Part shown: positions 10,288-20,074 of the stretch, in pieces
How the letters are laid out: the number at the start of each line of letters is the position of its first letter
Numbering within the stretch: position 1 is the first letter of the stretch
Assembly: GCA_015063685.1 (NCBI GenBank)
Contig: SVTR01000003.1
Location: 24,372-88,371 of the forward strand
Direction of reading: 5' to 3'
From: Oscillospiraceae bacterium
Lineage (GTDB): Bacteria > Bacillota > Clostridia > Oscillospirales > CAG-272
DNA length: 64,000 bases
The notes under the pieces: model-generated
Databases searched by the model: none
Told to the model about the DNA's origin: nothing
What the model saw: only the letters and a program-made list of their open reading frames with translations
Made by a program: the position numbers and the translations under genes

Positions 10288-11433
10288 TCAGCCTGCCTCC
10301 GTCGGATATGAATCACCCCTAAGATGCAAGTAGTTCACATGACTTTGCACCATGTTTTCGATGGTGTATTCCCGGATCTTCTCCAGGCTTTGGGCGGCCA
10401 TTCGCTCCCGAAGATTGGTATCGGAGATCACAATGCTCAGCTTTTCCGCCAAAGCATCTGCGTCCTCTACAGGAACGACGTAGCCGTTCTTCCCTTCCTC
10501 GATCAGCTCCAGAGCCGCAATGCAACGGTTGGTAGAGATCACGGGCAGGCCATTGGCCATGGCTTCGTTGATCACCAGTCCCCAGATGTCCTCTCGGGTG
10601 GGCAGGACGAAAATATCGCAGGCGCGGTACCACTTTTTCAGCTCTTCCTTGGACATAAAGCCTATGAAATGGACGTTAGTAAGCCCCAGATCCTCCTTCA
10701 TGCGGAGGTACTCCTCGGTTGGCTCACCGCCGACGATGTAAATATCACAGGGCTCGCTCACCTTGGCAGCGGCTTGCAGGAGGATGTCGAAGCCTTTGCG
10801 TGGGATGAACTGACCTACGGTAAGGATAGCGCAGGCAGTATGGATACCCAGTTCCTTTTTTAGTTGTGCCTTGTACTCCAAAGTCGGTACTGTCAACGAA
10901 ATATCCGCTCTGTTCAAGGAGCTGAAGGGATATCGCAGTAGGCGCTCCTGAGGGATGCCCATTCGTGTCAGATAAGACTCCAGCTCTCGGCAGGTAATGA
11001 AATGGCCGCGAGCCGAGGTTAGCAAATATTTTTTATAGCATGCTTTGATAAAGGAATCCTTCTTGTCAAAGCCGCCGTCGTATTCGATGTAATAAGGAAT
11101 CTTTTTTCGTATACAATACGCAATTGCAGCACGAACTGACGGAGATGCATAGCCGGAAAAGATGACAAGGTCATAATCGGAAATTTTCAGAAGTTTGATC
11201 AATCCCCGGCCCTTGCTCCCTTCTTTTCTAAACGGTTTCAGGTCTGCGTATACTTCTTTGAAATGAATAGCGGCATGGCCAACCCACCTGTCATCACGAT
11301 CCTCGGCTTTTTTTCTTTCAAAAATTACCGTTAGATCGCACGATTGCCCAAGATAATTGAAAAAGTCCATTCGGTAGGGTGACGGCAAATTTGTAATAAA
11401 TAATATTTTTTTCATCCGGCTCTGTTTCCCCAT
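10288..11433 (-). CDS. GT4 glycosyltransferase
   Basis: VGQFIPRKG, DIFVLPTREDIWGLVINEAMANGLPV. Confidence 0.9.
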   Translation of the reverse strand: MGKQSRMKKILFITNLPSPYRMDFFNYLGQSCDLTVIFERKKAEDRDDRWVGHAAIHFKEVYADLKPFRKEGSKGRGLIKLLKISDYDLVIFSGYASPSVRAAIAYCIRKKIPYYIEYDGGFDKKDSFIKACYKKYLLTSARGHFITCRELESYLTRMGIPQERLLRYPFSSLNRADISLTVPTLEYKAQLKKELGIHTACAILTVGQFIPRKGFDILLQAAAKVSEPCDIYIVGGEPTEEYLRMKEDLGLTNVHFIGFMSKEELKKWYRACDIFVLPTREDIWGLVINEAMANGLPVISTNRCIAALELIEEGKNGYVVPVEDADALAEKLSIVISDTNLRERMAAQSLEKIREYTIENMVQSHVNYLHLRGDSYPTEAG

Positions 11434-11496
11434 TGAATAATGTTCTTTTTTGGCAAACTATAGGTAGCATTCATACGATAAATTTTTTTCAATACA

Positions 11497-12636
11497 TCAT
11501 CTGTTCTCTGCCTCGCCAAGACGCGCTTTTCCTTCGGCTTTTTTGTTTCGCGTCATAATCAGCTTATACATCCCTTCCAAATCTCCCACGTCCACCACGT
11601 TCTCCGGCGGCACGCTTTCCACGCTTCCACCGGTGCGGTAGGTCAGGCAAGGGGTTCCGCAGGCCTGAGCCTCAAGATTGACCGTAGGGTATGTATCCTC
11701 ATAAGTCAGATTAACAAACACATCTGACGCCGTGTAGATCTCGGCAAGCCGACGGGTACTGTCTGTACGGGTGATACTCAGGATAGCGGGAGGCAACTGT
11801 TTCTTCTGTGCCTCTGTCACACCCACCAAAACAATGCACTCGTCTTCGGAGAGTATGCCGGCCAGTTTTGCGAAATCACCCAAGCCTTTTTTGTCATTCC
11901 AGCCGCTGGCGACACCTAAAATGATCTTTTTTCCTTCAAGGTGATACTGTTGGCGGAAATTACTTTCAGTGGGCTTAAAGACAGATGTGTCAATGGTATT
12001 ATGACGAACCTCCACGGGGTATGCTCCCAAAAAGCTCTTTTGGGCAAGATCAGCCAGCCAATATGACGGAGTGATCAGCGTCATATTCGCAACACCTGTG
12101 AAGGCGGCCTTTTTCCGTTGATAATTTTGCTGACAGTTGTCTTTATAAGCAGCAGGATATTCTCTTGTTTCGGAGCATTTAACGCATCGGCTTTTCCATT
12201 GATCACACCCTGCGTAGGTAAAATGTGTGCAATGTCCCGTAAATGCCCAACAATCGTGAAGCGTCCATCTAACCTGCATCCGTGGGCGAGACTTGATCCA
12301 AGCAAAGAGCATTTCTACGTTGATATAGTAGCCGTGGAGGTTATGAAGCCAAAGAAGATCGGGGTCATAGGCTTCCGCCCAGGCAAGGAATTTTTTCGTT
12401 GCTCGCTTGTTGGCAAAGCCATGCTTATCTGTCAAGCGGGTATGGACAGCACTTATGCGGACATCCGCATCCGATCCGATCCGCACGGCATATCCTTGGT
12501 ACTTTTCGGGCACACCTTCTCTGCCGTAGGCGATCTTGACGGTATGTCCGTCCCTTTCAAATTCGGTAGCCAGATCTGTGCAGATCCGTCCCGTGCTGCG
12601 TATACCGCAGACCGAATTGATCATCAATATTTTCAT
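11497..12636 (-). CDS. GT4 glycosyltransferase (WcaC-like; paralog of 4372-5571)
   Basis: MKILMINSVCGIRSTGRI, WTLHDCWAFTGHC, EDTYPTVNLEAQACGTP; the start may be 12663. Confidence 0.88.
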   Translation of the reverse strand: MKILMINSVCGIRSTGRICTDLATEFERDGHTVKIAYGREGVPEKYQGYAVRIGSDADVRISAVHTRLTDKHGFANKRATKKFLAWAEAYDPDLLWLHNLHGYYINVEMLFAWIKSRPRMQVRWTLHDCWAFTGHCTHFTYAGCDQWKSRCVKCSETREYPAAYKDNCQQNYQRKKAAFTGVANMTLITPSYWLADLAQKSFLGAYPVEVRHNTIDTSVFKPTESNFRQQYHLEGKKIILGVASGWNDKKGLGDFAKLAGILSEDECIVLVGVTEAQKKQLPPAILSITRTDSTRRLAEIYTASDVFVNLTYEDTYPTVNLEAQACGTPCLTYRTGGSVESVPPENVVDVGDLEGMYKLIMTRNKKAEGKARLGEAENR

Positions 12637-12659
12637 TTGTGCTCCTGCGCCTTGATCAT

Positions 12660-13907
12660 TCAAGGCTCTTTTCTTTCCTGTGGCCGCAACAATTCATCCA
12701 CTAATTGTACGTATTTTTCAAGGCATCTTTCTTTTTCATATTTTTCAAGATATACTTCTCTGCAACGTTGTCCCATTTCACGGCAAATTTTAGGATTCTG
12801 TCGAAGGTGGATAAAGAACTCCGCAAGTCCGGATCCGTCTCCGCAAGCGAAGCATTTCCCAGCCCGACGATCCTCCAGATCCCTGGCAAGCTCGCTTTGA
12901 GGATCCATGATACACGCTACAGGGCGCCCCTGCATCATATATCCGTATGCCTTGGAAGGCGAACACAAGCCCAACAGCCCGTCGATCAAGCTGACGATAT
13001 AGCAATCACTAACACTCAGGGCAACCCGATAATCTTCGCCCTTCAAAAAGTCAAAACAAGCAACATTTGTCAAAGATTCTTGTTCTATAACGCGCTTCAG
13101 CTCTGCCATTTTATTTCCATGGCCGGCAAAAACAAACTTGATCTTGGGATCATCCTTCAATATCCGGATTGCCTCTAAAATCGTCGTTTCATCTTGGCAG
13201 GTACCCAAGTTCCCTAAATAGGAAACGACAAAATCATCTTTCTCAATATGTGAAAACAGCGGATGATACGCAATATCTCTCTTCGGGCTTTCTCCGTGAT
13301 CCTCAAACCAGTTGGGAATCTTGACAACACGGCACTCGGAGGAGATAGGGCGGTTATTCTCCAAATACTGTTTCATGTCATCGGATAGCGCAACAACACA
13401 ATCGGAAGCTTCAAATAATTGCCGGTTGATCCTTGTAAACATTTTAGTGATCATACTGCCTTCACCCAAAGCACCGCTCTGAAGGGCGATTTCAGGATAA
13501 ACATCGTACGAAACGAAGATCATTTTATTACCATATCTTTTTTTGGCAGTCACGGCCAGTTGAGGGAGGATCGGAGGGTTAGAATATACCATTACGGCCT
13601 TATATTTTCTTGCTTCCCGCAAGTTCAACCAAGTGGAGATGGTAAAGGAAAAATAATTGATCAATCTTCCCAAAAAGCCCTTTCGCCCCGTTTGAATATA
13701 CTTAATCCTTTTGATCTCGATACCCTCAAAAATTTCTCTTCTGGGTATCTTATGCTCTTCCGTATACTCCTTAGGATATCCACACAGGACACCTATCGAA
13801 TATCCTTTATCAGCCAGCGCCTTTGCCGTATCAAACGGCAAGGTTGCCGAAGAAACATACTCGGGATAAAAAAACTGACACATGATCAGTAAATCTTTTT
13901 TCTTCAT
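12660..13907 (-). CDS. GT4 glycosyltransferase (WbuB-like)
   Basis: QFFYPE, YDVYPE, YLGNLG, PSKAYGYMMQGRPV. Confidence 0.88.
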   Translation of the reverse strand: MKKKDLLIMCQFFYPEYVSSATLPFDTAKALADKGYSIGVLCGYPKEYTEEHKIPRREIFEGIEIKRIKYIQTGRKGFLGRLINYFSFTISTWLNLREARKYKAVMVYSNPPILPQLAVTAKKRYGNKMIFVSYDVYPEIALQSGALGEGSMITKMFTRINRQLFEASDCVVALSDDMKQYLENNRPISSECRVVKIPNWFEDHGESPKRDIAYHPLFSHIEKDDFVVSYLGNLGTCQDETTILEAIRILKDDPKIKFVFAGHGNKMAELKRVIEQESLTNVACFDFLKGEDYRVALSVSDCYIVSLIDGLLGLCSPSKAYGYMMQGRPVACIMDPQSELARDLEDRRAGKCFACGDGSGLAEFFIHLRQNPKICREMGQRCREVYLEKYEKERCLEKYVQLVDELLRPQERKEP

Positions 13908-13916
13908 GTCTGTCCC

Positions 13917-14765
13917 TTATTTGCGTTCGGTTCGTTCAACGGATTCCTCAAAAGATATCTCTCCGACAAGTGCGCGCACATCCTCTTGCGCATAGCAGTA
14001 ACTACCAAAACATTTAACCACGGCACCTATACGCAGACGTTTCCCCAAGCTGATCAAGGGATTGAAAATTTTGGGCGTCCATAACCTTATTCCATTTACT
14101 TTGGCAATTTGTCTGACCATATCTACAGTACTGACATATGCTTGATTTTGTGGCAACCAAATTCCGGGTAACAGCGTCATATCCGTAATTTGCTTAATAA
14201 AGCAGCACAGATGATCAATATAAATCATGCTTCGTTCGTTAGCATAATCAGGAAACACCTTGAATTTCTTGACAAATTTTGAAAGTGTCTGATAGTTGCC
14301 TTTACAATCCTTGCCATAAACCATCGGGGGACGAAGGATATAGACACCAAAATCTTCGCAGTCTAACTGCCGCAGTCCCTGTTCTGCCTGATATTTACTG
14401 ATACCGTAATGATTTTTAGGCGAAGGCTCCGATTCTTTGTTGATTATCCCTTCCTGCCTGCCGTATACACTCATGGTACTTATGTACACAAACTGCTTGA
14501 CACCGGCTCTTTTCGCTTTTTGCGCCATTCTGATGGGAAGATCTCGATTCACGCTGTAATAAAGCTCTGCGGGCGTCTTGCTTTTCCTGTGAACAATGCC
14601 TGCTACAAATAAAATACTGTCATAACCGGACAGATCTTTATTTTCCCACGCATTTTCTTCCATATCCACCGTATCCGTTTGATATTCAGCAGGAAACAAG
14701 CTCATGTACTCAGCGAATGCTGTACCTATATAACTTCTTGCGCCGGCAATCAATATTTTTTTCAT
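13917..14765 (-). CDS. NAD-dependent nucleotide-sugar epimerase/dehydratase
   Basis: GARSYIG Rossmann motif, STMSVYG, YGISK (YxxxK), RPPMVYG. Confidence 0.9.
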   Translation of the reverse strand: MKKILIAGARSYIGTAFAEYMSLFPAEYQTDTVDMEENAWENKDLSGYDSILFVAGIVHRKSKTPAELYYSVNRDLPIRMAQKAKRAGVKQFVYISTMSVYGRQEGIINKESEPSPKNHYGISKYQAEQGLRQLDCEDFGVYILRPPMVYGKDCKGNYQTLSKFVKKFKVFPDYANERSMIYIDHLCCFIKQITDMTLLPGIWLPQNQAYVSTVDMVRQIAKVNGIRLWTPKIFNPLISLGKRLRIGAVVKCFGSYCYAQEDVRALVGEISFEESVERTERK

Positions 14766-15400
14766 TTATTTACGGTCTCTTTCTCTTTTTCCTGCTTTTT
14801 CCGCTCGATCTCACCCGTGCCGCCTTCCACCACGCCATCGGATTTCAGAACGCTCTTGATGGTGCCGAAGAAGCACTTGCAGTCAAAGCCGAAGCTTAAT
14901 TTCTCCACGTACTCACCGTCCAGCTTGGCCTTGACGGGAATGGGCAGCTCATCGCGGCCGTTAATCTGTGCCCAGCCGGTAAGGCCAGGCTTGACGTCGT
15001 TGGCACCGTACTTGTCCCTCTCCTCGATGAGGTCGTATTGGTTCCACAGGGCAGGGCGGGGGCCGATGATACTCATAGTGCCGGCAAAAATGCAAAAAAG
15101 CTGAGGCAGCTCATCGATGGAGGATTTGCGCATAAACTTCTGCCACTTGCTAAGAAAAGCATCCGGATTTTTCAGCTCATGGGTGGGAGTGTCCTTGGGA
15201 GCGGTGACGGGCATACTTCTGAATTTCAAAATGGTGAAATGTTTTTTATGTATGCCGATCCTCTTTTGCTTGAATAAAACGGGGCCGGGAGAGTCAATCT
15301 TGATGATGATGGCAAAGATCAGCATAGGCAGTGCTAGAACCAAAATCCCCAAAAATGATAAGAGAATATCAATCAATCTTTTTACAAAATGCTTGTACAT
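14762..15400 (-). CDS. Initiating phosphoglycosyl (bacterial sugar) transferase, locus B
   Basis: KRLIDI, KFRSM, SIDELPQL, GPRP, KPGLTGWAQINGR. Confidence 0.93.
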   Translation of the reverse strand: MYKHFVKRLIDILLSFLGILVLALPMLIFAIIIKIDSPGPVLFKQKRIGIHKKHFTILKFRSMPVTAPKDTPTHELKNPDAFLSKWQKFMRKSSIDELPQLFCIFAGTMSIIGPRPALWNQYDLIEERDKYGANDVKPGLTGWAQINGRDELPIPVKAKLDGEYVEKLSFGFDCKCFFGTIKSVLKSDGVVEGGTGEIERKKQEKEKETVNK

Positions 15401-15509
15401 AACACCTCACATCCCGCAGTCAAAACTCCATGCGGAATCATCAGCTACAGAATATTTTTCTTTTTCCCGTGCGCTGTATGTAGGCTCGGATTTTCCGGGA
15501 AAGAACGCA

Positions 15510-15620
15510 TCAGGAGGAAGAGAGATAATGGGGGTAGATTCCTGCCGCTCTGCCGATTTCGGAGAGCATAGCGTCAGCGGTTTTATATGACGTTTGATTG
15601 TGCTCAAACAACACGATCAT
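15510..15620 (-). pseudogene. N-terminal stub of the SF2/HA helicase
   Basis: MIVLFEHNQTSYKTADAMLSEIGRAAGIYP matches MIALFEHNQTAYEAAVAMLSETGKAAVIHP (43713) at 21/30 residues, then diverges and stops before Walker A. Confidence 0.85.
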
Positions 15621-15653
15621 CACGTTCCTTCCCGAAAAAACGGTACGTCCACC

Positions 15654-15890
15654 GGGTACAGCACAACGGGGATTATGTCGCTCCATGTGAAAGAAAATAA
15701 TAACCCATCATCTAATATATTATAGCATATCCCATAAAGGATTGCAATAGTTTTCAAGAAATTTATAGGATTTTCTCATAAATACCCAAGCAAATTTGGG
15801 TGTTATTTTCTTCAAAAAGCACAACGAAAGAAGGCTACCGCATTTTTTTTGAGAAAGTTGGGCTCCGGATTCTCTTGTTACCCTTTTTTA
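15654..15890 (-). promoter_or_regulatory. Decayed invertible-promoter cassette fixed in ON orientation
   Basis: Degenerate site ACAGCACAA-CGGGGA-TTATGTCGC (15658-15681; 19/24 to IRL); promoter TTGCAA(15747-15742)-17bp-TATAAT(15724-15719); the rest is similar to the reverse complement of 43820-44026; no partner site seen. Confidence 0.85.
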
Positions 15891-15902
15891 CATTTTCTAT
15901 AG

Positions 15903-15943
15903 AAAAAGGCCTTCCTTGTACCGAAAGCAAGGGAGGCCTTTTT
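15903..15943. terminator. Bidirectional terminator-like hairpin
   Basis: AAAAAGGCCTTCCTTG...CAAGGGAGGCCTTTTT. Confidence 0.65.
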
Positions 15944-16064
15944 AACTTTGGTTGTAGTTCATTGCGCTCAAAAAATGAATATTCTGTTAACTTTCAAAAA
16001 TTTTCAATTTTACTGCAATTTTTTGGCGATTCAGTTGTTATAAAGGGTGAAAGGAGGTGAGAAA

Positions 16065-16481
16065 ATGAAAAAGCGTTTTAAGATCCTGTCTATGGTTATG
16101 GTTATTGTAACGGTGCTGATGTGTACGGCAATGCCTATTCAGGCGGCTGTTGTGCAACCGGACGTGGAGCCGATGTGGGATAATACGGCAACGATAACAC
16201 TGACATTGGGTTTCCCCGATTATGGTTATGCGGAAGCTTCAATTTTTGGTAAACCCGGGGTTACAAAAATTATCATTGATGTATTTGTTTACAGACAATC
16301 CGGTAGTTCTTGGATTTATGTTAACGAAAAACACACAACCATTAATAGTCAAGCAGGTTTGATCAGTTGTCAATTTACTCCCGTCGATGGTGCATATTAT
16401 CGTGCTGACTACACATTTACTGTTACGAAAGATGGAGTTGATGAGGTCATTAACAAATCACAATATCGTACATGTGAATAA
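16065..16481 (+). CDS. Secreted hypothetical protein
   Basis: Strong RBS AAGGAGGTGA before ATG 16065; signal peptide MKKRFKILSMVMVIVTVLMCTAMPIQA. Confidence 0.8.
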   Translation: MKKRFKILSMVMVIVTVLMCTAMPIQAAVVQPDVEPMWDNTATITLTLGFPDYGYAEASIFGKPGVTKIIIDVFVYRQSGSSWIYVNEKHTTINSQAGLISCQFTPVDGAYYRADYTFTVTKDGVDEVINKSQYRTCE

Positions 16482-16500
16482 TTATCTCTTCTTAATCAAA

Positions 16501-16531
16501 GGGGTGTTACTCTTAAACGAGTAACACCTCC
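16501..16531. terminator. Hairpin between convergent genes
   Basis: GGGGTGTTACTC-TTAAAC-GAGTAACACCTCC. Confidence 0.65.
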
Positions 16532-16536
16532 CATAA

Positions 16537-17253
16537 TCATTCAATTACACTAATCCCTTCGCCAATTTTCACAATCTCATTCATTGAGGAAAACACACCA
16601 TATACAGTAAACCGATAATGTTCATCTTGCCACGTCAATGAATATAACGACTCTCCTTCAAAGTACTCAACAAGAACAGCTTTAAATCCATTAACTTCTA
16701 TATAAGCAACTTGCCCTGACTCATCATCTACAAATGTATTTGACTCCGTTATTGTGCTTTGTGTAGCAAAAAACTTCCAGTCTCCACTATCAGTATAATA
16801 AAAAATCTGATGTTGCATAGATGTGGTAACATCGTCTCCTTTAACACACCCTTCCGGCACATACGTTAATGCCATCTTTTTCTCAATGGTCTCAGGGTAG
16901 TTCTCGGCAGGGGGCTCCGTGGGCGCCTCGGTTTCCACATCCGTATCAAATCCAATCTCAATATGATCTCCGTGGTTCTTAATCAGGACATTCCACACGG
17001 CGTGTCTAATCTCGGGAACCAGCATACAGGCGGTAAAAGCGACGGACATACACAGCAACGCCACTAATAGGATGAGCTTGACGGTCTTCCATCTGCTTTT
17101 GCGGGATCTGCCCAGAATCCTTCGCAGCACCCGAGGATCTCGCTCTATTCCGGAAACATCCTGCCCCGAAAAGGCAGACGCTTCTTCCTTCACACAGTCC
17201 GCAGCTGCCAAAGAAATCAGGGTATCAAATCTGTCAATATGTAATTCTTTCAT
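16537..17253 (-). CDS. Putative anti-sigma factor (DUF4367-like, single TM)
   Basis: Overlaps the 3' end of the ECF sigma gene; one TM helix; LTYVPEG...YIEVNGFKA...LTWQD...EIVKIGE pattern. Confidence 0.7.
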   Translation of the reverse strand: MKELHIDRFDTLISLAAADCVKEEASAFSGQDVSGIERDPRVLRRILGRSRKSRWKTVKLILLVALLCMSVAFTACMLVPEIRHAVWNVLIKNHGDHIEIGFDTDVETEAPTEPPAENYPETIEKKMALTYVPEGCVKGDDVTTSMQHQIFYYTDSGDWKFFATQSTITESNTFVDDESGQVAYIEVNGFKAVLVEYFEGESLYSLTWQDEHYRFTVYGVFSSMNEIVKIGEGISVIE

Positions 17254-17824
17254 ACCCTTCCTTTCCGATGATCTCTTTCAGTTTATTTTTGGCGCGGTAA
17301 ATGTGACTGTTTACCGTATTCTCTTCTATACTCAAAATACCGGCAATTTCCACATTTCTCATGTGATAATAATATTTTAAAACGATTACGTCCTTAAATC
17401 TGTCATTCAACTGGTCAATGGCGTTTTTCACAATATGAATCGTCTCGTCATTCACCACCAGCGTTTGGGGATTCTCTTGATAACAAGCTGAGCAATCGAC
17501 TGTATTTTCCTGATTAAAATCAAAATTTATATCGAACACTTCCCGTTGCTTCTTTTTATGCTTGTACATATTAAGAGCAACATTTCTTGTATAAATACTG
17601 ACCAGCGCCGCCAGATCCTCACGCTCAAAATTCATAAACGTCTTCACGTTTTCGGAGATGAGGCGAAAGGTCTCCATAACAGCGTCCTCGGCATCCTGTT
17701 GATGGTGGAGAATACTATTGGCTTTGACTATCATCTGCTTATAGTACAGATAATAAATCCGCTCCACCAGTTCCCTTTCCTCGTCGCTTTCGATCGCTTG
17801 GATGAGCTCCAAAATCATCAGCAT
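17234..17824 (-). CDS. ECF-type RNA polymerase sigma factor
   Basis: DAEDAVMETF (region 2); IVLKYYYHMRNVEIAGILSIEENTVNSHIYRAK (region 4). Confidence 0.92.
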   Translation of the reverse strand: MLMILELIQAIESDEERELVERIYYLYYKQMIVKANSILHHQQDAEDAVMETFRLISENVKTFMNFEREDLAALVSIYTRNVALNMYKHKKKQREVFDINFDFNQENTVDCSACYQENPQTLVVNDETIHIVKNAIDQLNDRFKDVIVLKYYYHMRNVEIAGILSIEENTVNSHIYRAKNKLKEIIGKEGYERITY

Positions 17825-18042
17825 TTTTTCGGTTCCTCCATTGTCTTTCGTTGGATTCAGATTTTTGTTAAAGCTATCTTAGTCAAAGCTTCATGGATTT
17901 GCTTGTCAATGGCACCATGCCCTAAAATTTCCGGCTGACTCAGAATTCCGGCGAAAACCGTCAAACCATAGGCACGCCCGATTCCAAACAGTTAACCAAA
18001 ATTGTAGAATTTTCTTTGTTTGTGTTGGAATAGGGTAAAACT

Positions 18043-18312
18043 ATGAGACATGAAAAAGAGATGCTGTTAAAGGAGGAACTTTGTGTACTTGCGATTCAGA
18101 CCCGCGAGCGCTTAAGCCTCACTCAAAAAGGAATGAGCCGATGCCTCGCCATGAGCGAAAGCTACTATTCCGATATTGCGACAGGACGAGCCATGTGTAG
18201 CACCCTGATCACAATATTGTTGCTTGAAATGCAAGAATATCCGCCCCGGTTTCCGCTTGTTGTCAAAGACAAATTCGAAAAGCAGTACGAAAAAGAAATA
18301 CAAACGGTATGA
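18043..18312 (+). CDS. XRE-like HTH protein
   Basis: RERLSLTQKGMSRCLAMSESYYSDIATG resembles an HTH_3 motif. Confidence 0.65.
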   Translation: MRHEKEMLLKEELCVLAIQTRERLSLTQKGMSRCLAMSESYYSDIATGRAMCSTLITILLLEMQEYPPRFPLVVKDKFEKQYEKEIQTV

Positions 18313-18551
18313 GCAACATCACTTACGGGCTCATTGAAGAGCATTATTCACTGGACAATCATGAGCGCATCGCATACGGAATTGCCGTATATGCGGATGC
18401 AGAAGAAGATCACACAGCGACCGTGGTCGCCGCTATTCACGACATTACGTCAGACAAGCCCCGGCTTGCAGAACTCGTTCGTCTCTGCAATCATCTCAAG
18501 CTATCGCCGATACATCTCGAGGATGTAGTCGATGACTTTCTGACTAATTAA
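18309..18551 (+). CDS. Small conserved Clostridial protein (DUF6514-like)
   Basis: YGIAV...IHDIT...LCNHLKLSPIHLEDVVDDFL; ATGA overlap with the upstream gene. Confidence 0.65.
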   Translation: MSNITYGLIEEHYSLDNHERIAYGIAVYADAEEDHTATVVAAIHDITSDKPRLAELVRLCNHLKLSPIHLEDVVDDFLTN

Positions 18552-18744
18552 CGGGTATAAATAAAAACAAGGGAAGAAAATTCAAATAATACGAAAGGTA
18601 TCCCAACACAAACATCCTTGTCTTCCTCCGAGGCAATATGCCTCGGGGGTTTTCTTTCCGGAAAGAAAATTTGGACATGTGTATATTACCACACGCAATC
18701 ACACCTTCATCATAAGCTCCAAGCGCCAGCCTCATTTCGCTGAG

Positions 18745-20043
18745 CTACTGTTTTTCTTCCCTTTCGGCAAATAGTTCCCTCAACACCCTCGGATTCAGTG
18801 CCTTGAGCATCAACAAGTTGTTTCTACGGATAGGCTTGAAAATGGCCCCCACGATCACGTTGGTGAATATCTGGGTGATGAGAGAGGCCAGAGCCGCGCC
18901 ATTGATGCCCCACTTAGGGATCATCAGGGTATTCAGCGCTACGTTGGCCAAAGCCCCCGCAAGATTGATGCTCCACAGATATTTCTGCTTGTTTTCGGCA
19001 AGCATCCAGATGTTTCGAACCGCGCCAAGATAGGAAAACGTGGTATACCACACGATGATCCTCAGGGCATTGACGGCAGGCGCGTAGGCGTCACCGTAGA
19101 TGATGTAAATGATCTCTTTGGAAAAGACGGTGATCAGGAGGCATTGAATCAAGGATAGCCATATGATGACCGAGTAAAGGCCGGTGACGTTCTTTTCAAA
19201 CTTCTCCGAGCTTGTTTTTTTGCTTTCATAGATCACGGGGCTGACGGAATCCAAAATTGCTGAAAAGACAAAGCTTGTCATGCTGGCGCACGTCACGGCG
19301 GCTGCGTAAAAGCCGGCGGCATCCGCACCCAGCATGGGCTTGATCATCAGCTTATCGGTTTGAGCGAAGATCGAGACCATGAGGCCTGACAAAATATAAT
19401 ATTTTCCGCTCTTCAGGAGCCTTTTGGCATAGTGTCCGGAAAAGGCGAAGGGTGCTCCGCCCTTTTTCTTATACAGGACGAATAATACGACCGCCGTCAC
19501 GGCATAGTCGATGGATTGTGCCAGAGCAAACCACCTGACATTCATGCCGCCAATCAGCAAAGCGACGCGATAGACAGAGATCACGACGTAAGCGATCAGT
19601 CCGATAACCGACGAGTACCTCGACATAAGCTTCGCCTGGTACCAGTACCGGATATTCTCCAGGGTACGGAAAATCAAGGAAATGCTATAAAGCAGACAAA
19701 CAACGACGGTTTCCTTTTCCCCCGGGTTCATGATTGCCGCAAAGGCGGTAATCCCCAGAATACCCAGTATGGAGGAGATCAGCCCAAGAGTTGTCGCTGT
19801 GCCCAAAATCTTACCCTCATCCTCGGGATGAGAGACCAGCTTTTGCACCATCACCTCGGTCAACCCAAGATTCACAAGAGGCGCGATAAAAGCGACAATG
19901 GACGCCGCGTAATTGATGATCCCGTAATTGGAGGGTCCAAGGTATCTTGCAGTAAACATCGTAATGACCAGGGAGAGCAGGGCTTGTACTACCCTGCAGC
20001 CCACGATCCATGAGATGTTACTGACCATTCTATTTTTTATCAT
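18745..20043 (-). CDS. wzx: Wzx-type flippase (locus A; close paralog of 2903-4204)
   Basis: Same motifs; long identical peptide stretches with 2903-4204. Confidence 0.9.
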   Translation of the reverse strand: MIKNRMVSNISWIVGCRVVQALLSLVITMFTARYLGPSNYGIINYAASIVAFIAPLVNLGLTEVMVQKLVSHPEDEGKILGTATTLGLISSILGILGITAFAAIMNPGEKETVVVCLLYSISLIFRTLENIRYWYQAKLMSRYSSVIGLIAYVVISVYRVALLIGGMNVRWFALAQSIDYAVTAVVLFVLYKKKGGAPFAFSGHYAKRLLKSGKYYILSGLMVSIFAQTDKLMIKPMLGADAAGFYAAAVTCASMTSFVFSAILDSVSPVIYESKKTSSEKFEKNVTGLYSVIIWLSLIQCLLITVFSKEIIYIIYGDAYAPAVNALRIIVWYTTFSYLGAVRNIWMLAENKQKYLWSINLAGALANVALNTLMIPKWGINGAALASLITQIFTNVIVGAIFKPIRRNNLLMLKALNPRVLRELFAEREEKQ

Positions 20044-20074
20044 TTTAAAATCATTTATGTCTTCACCATTATTA

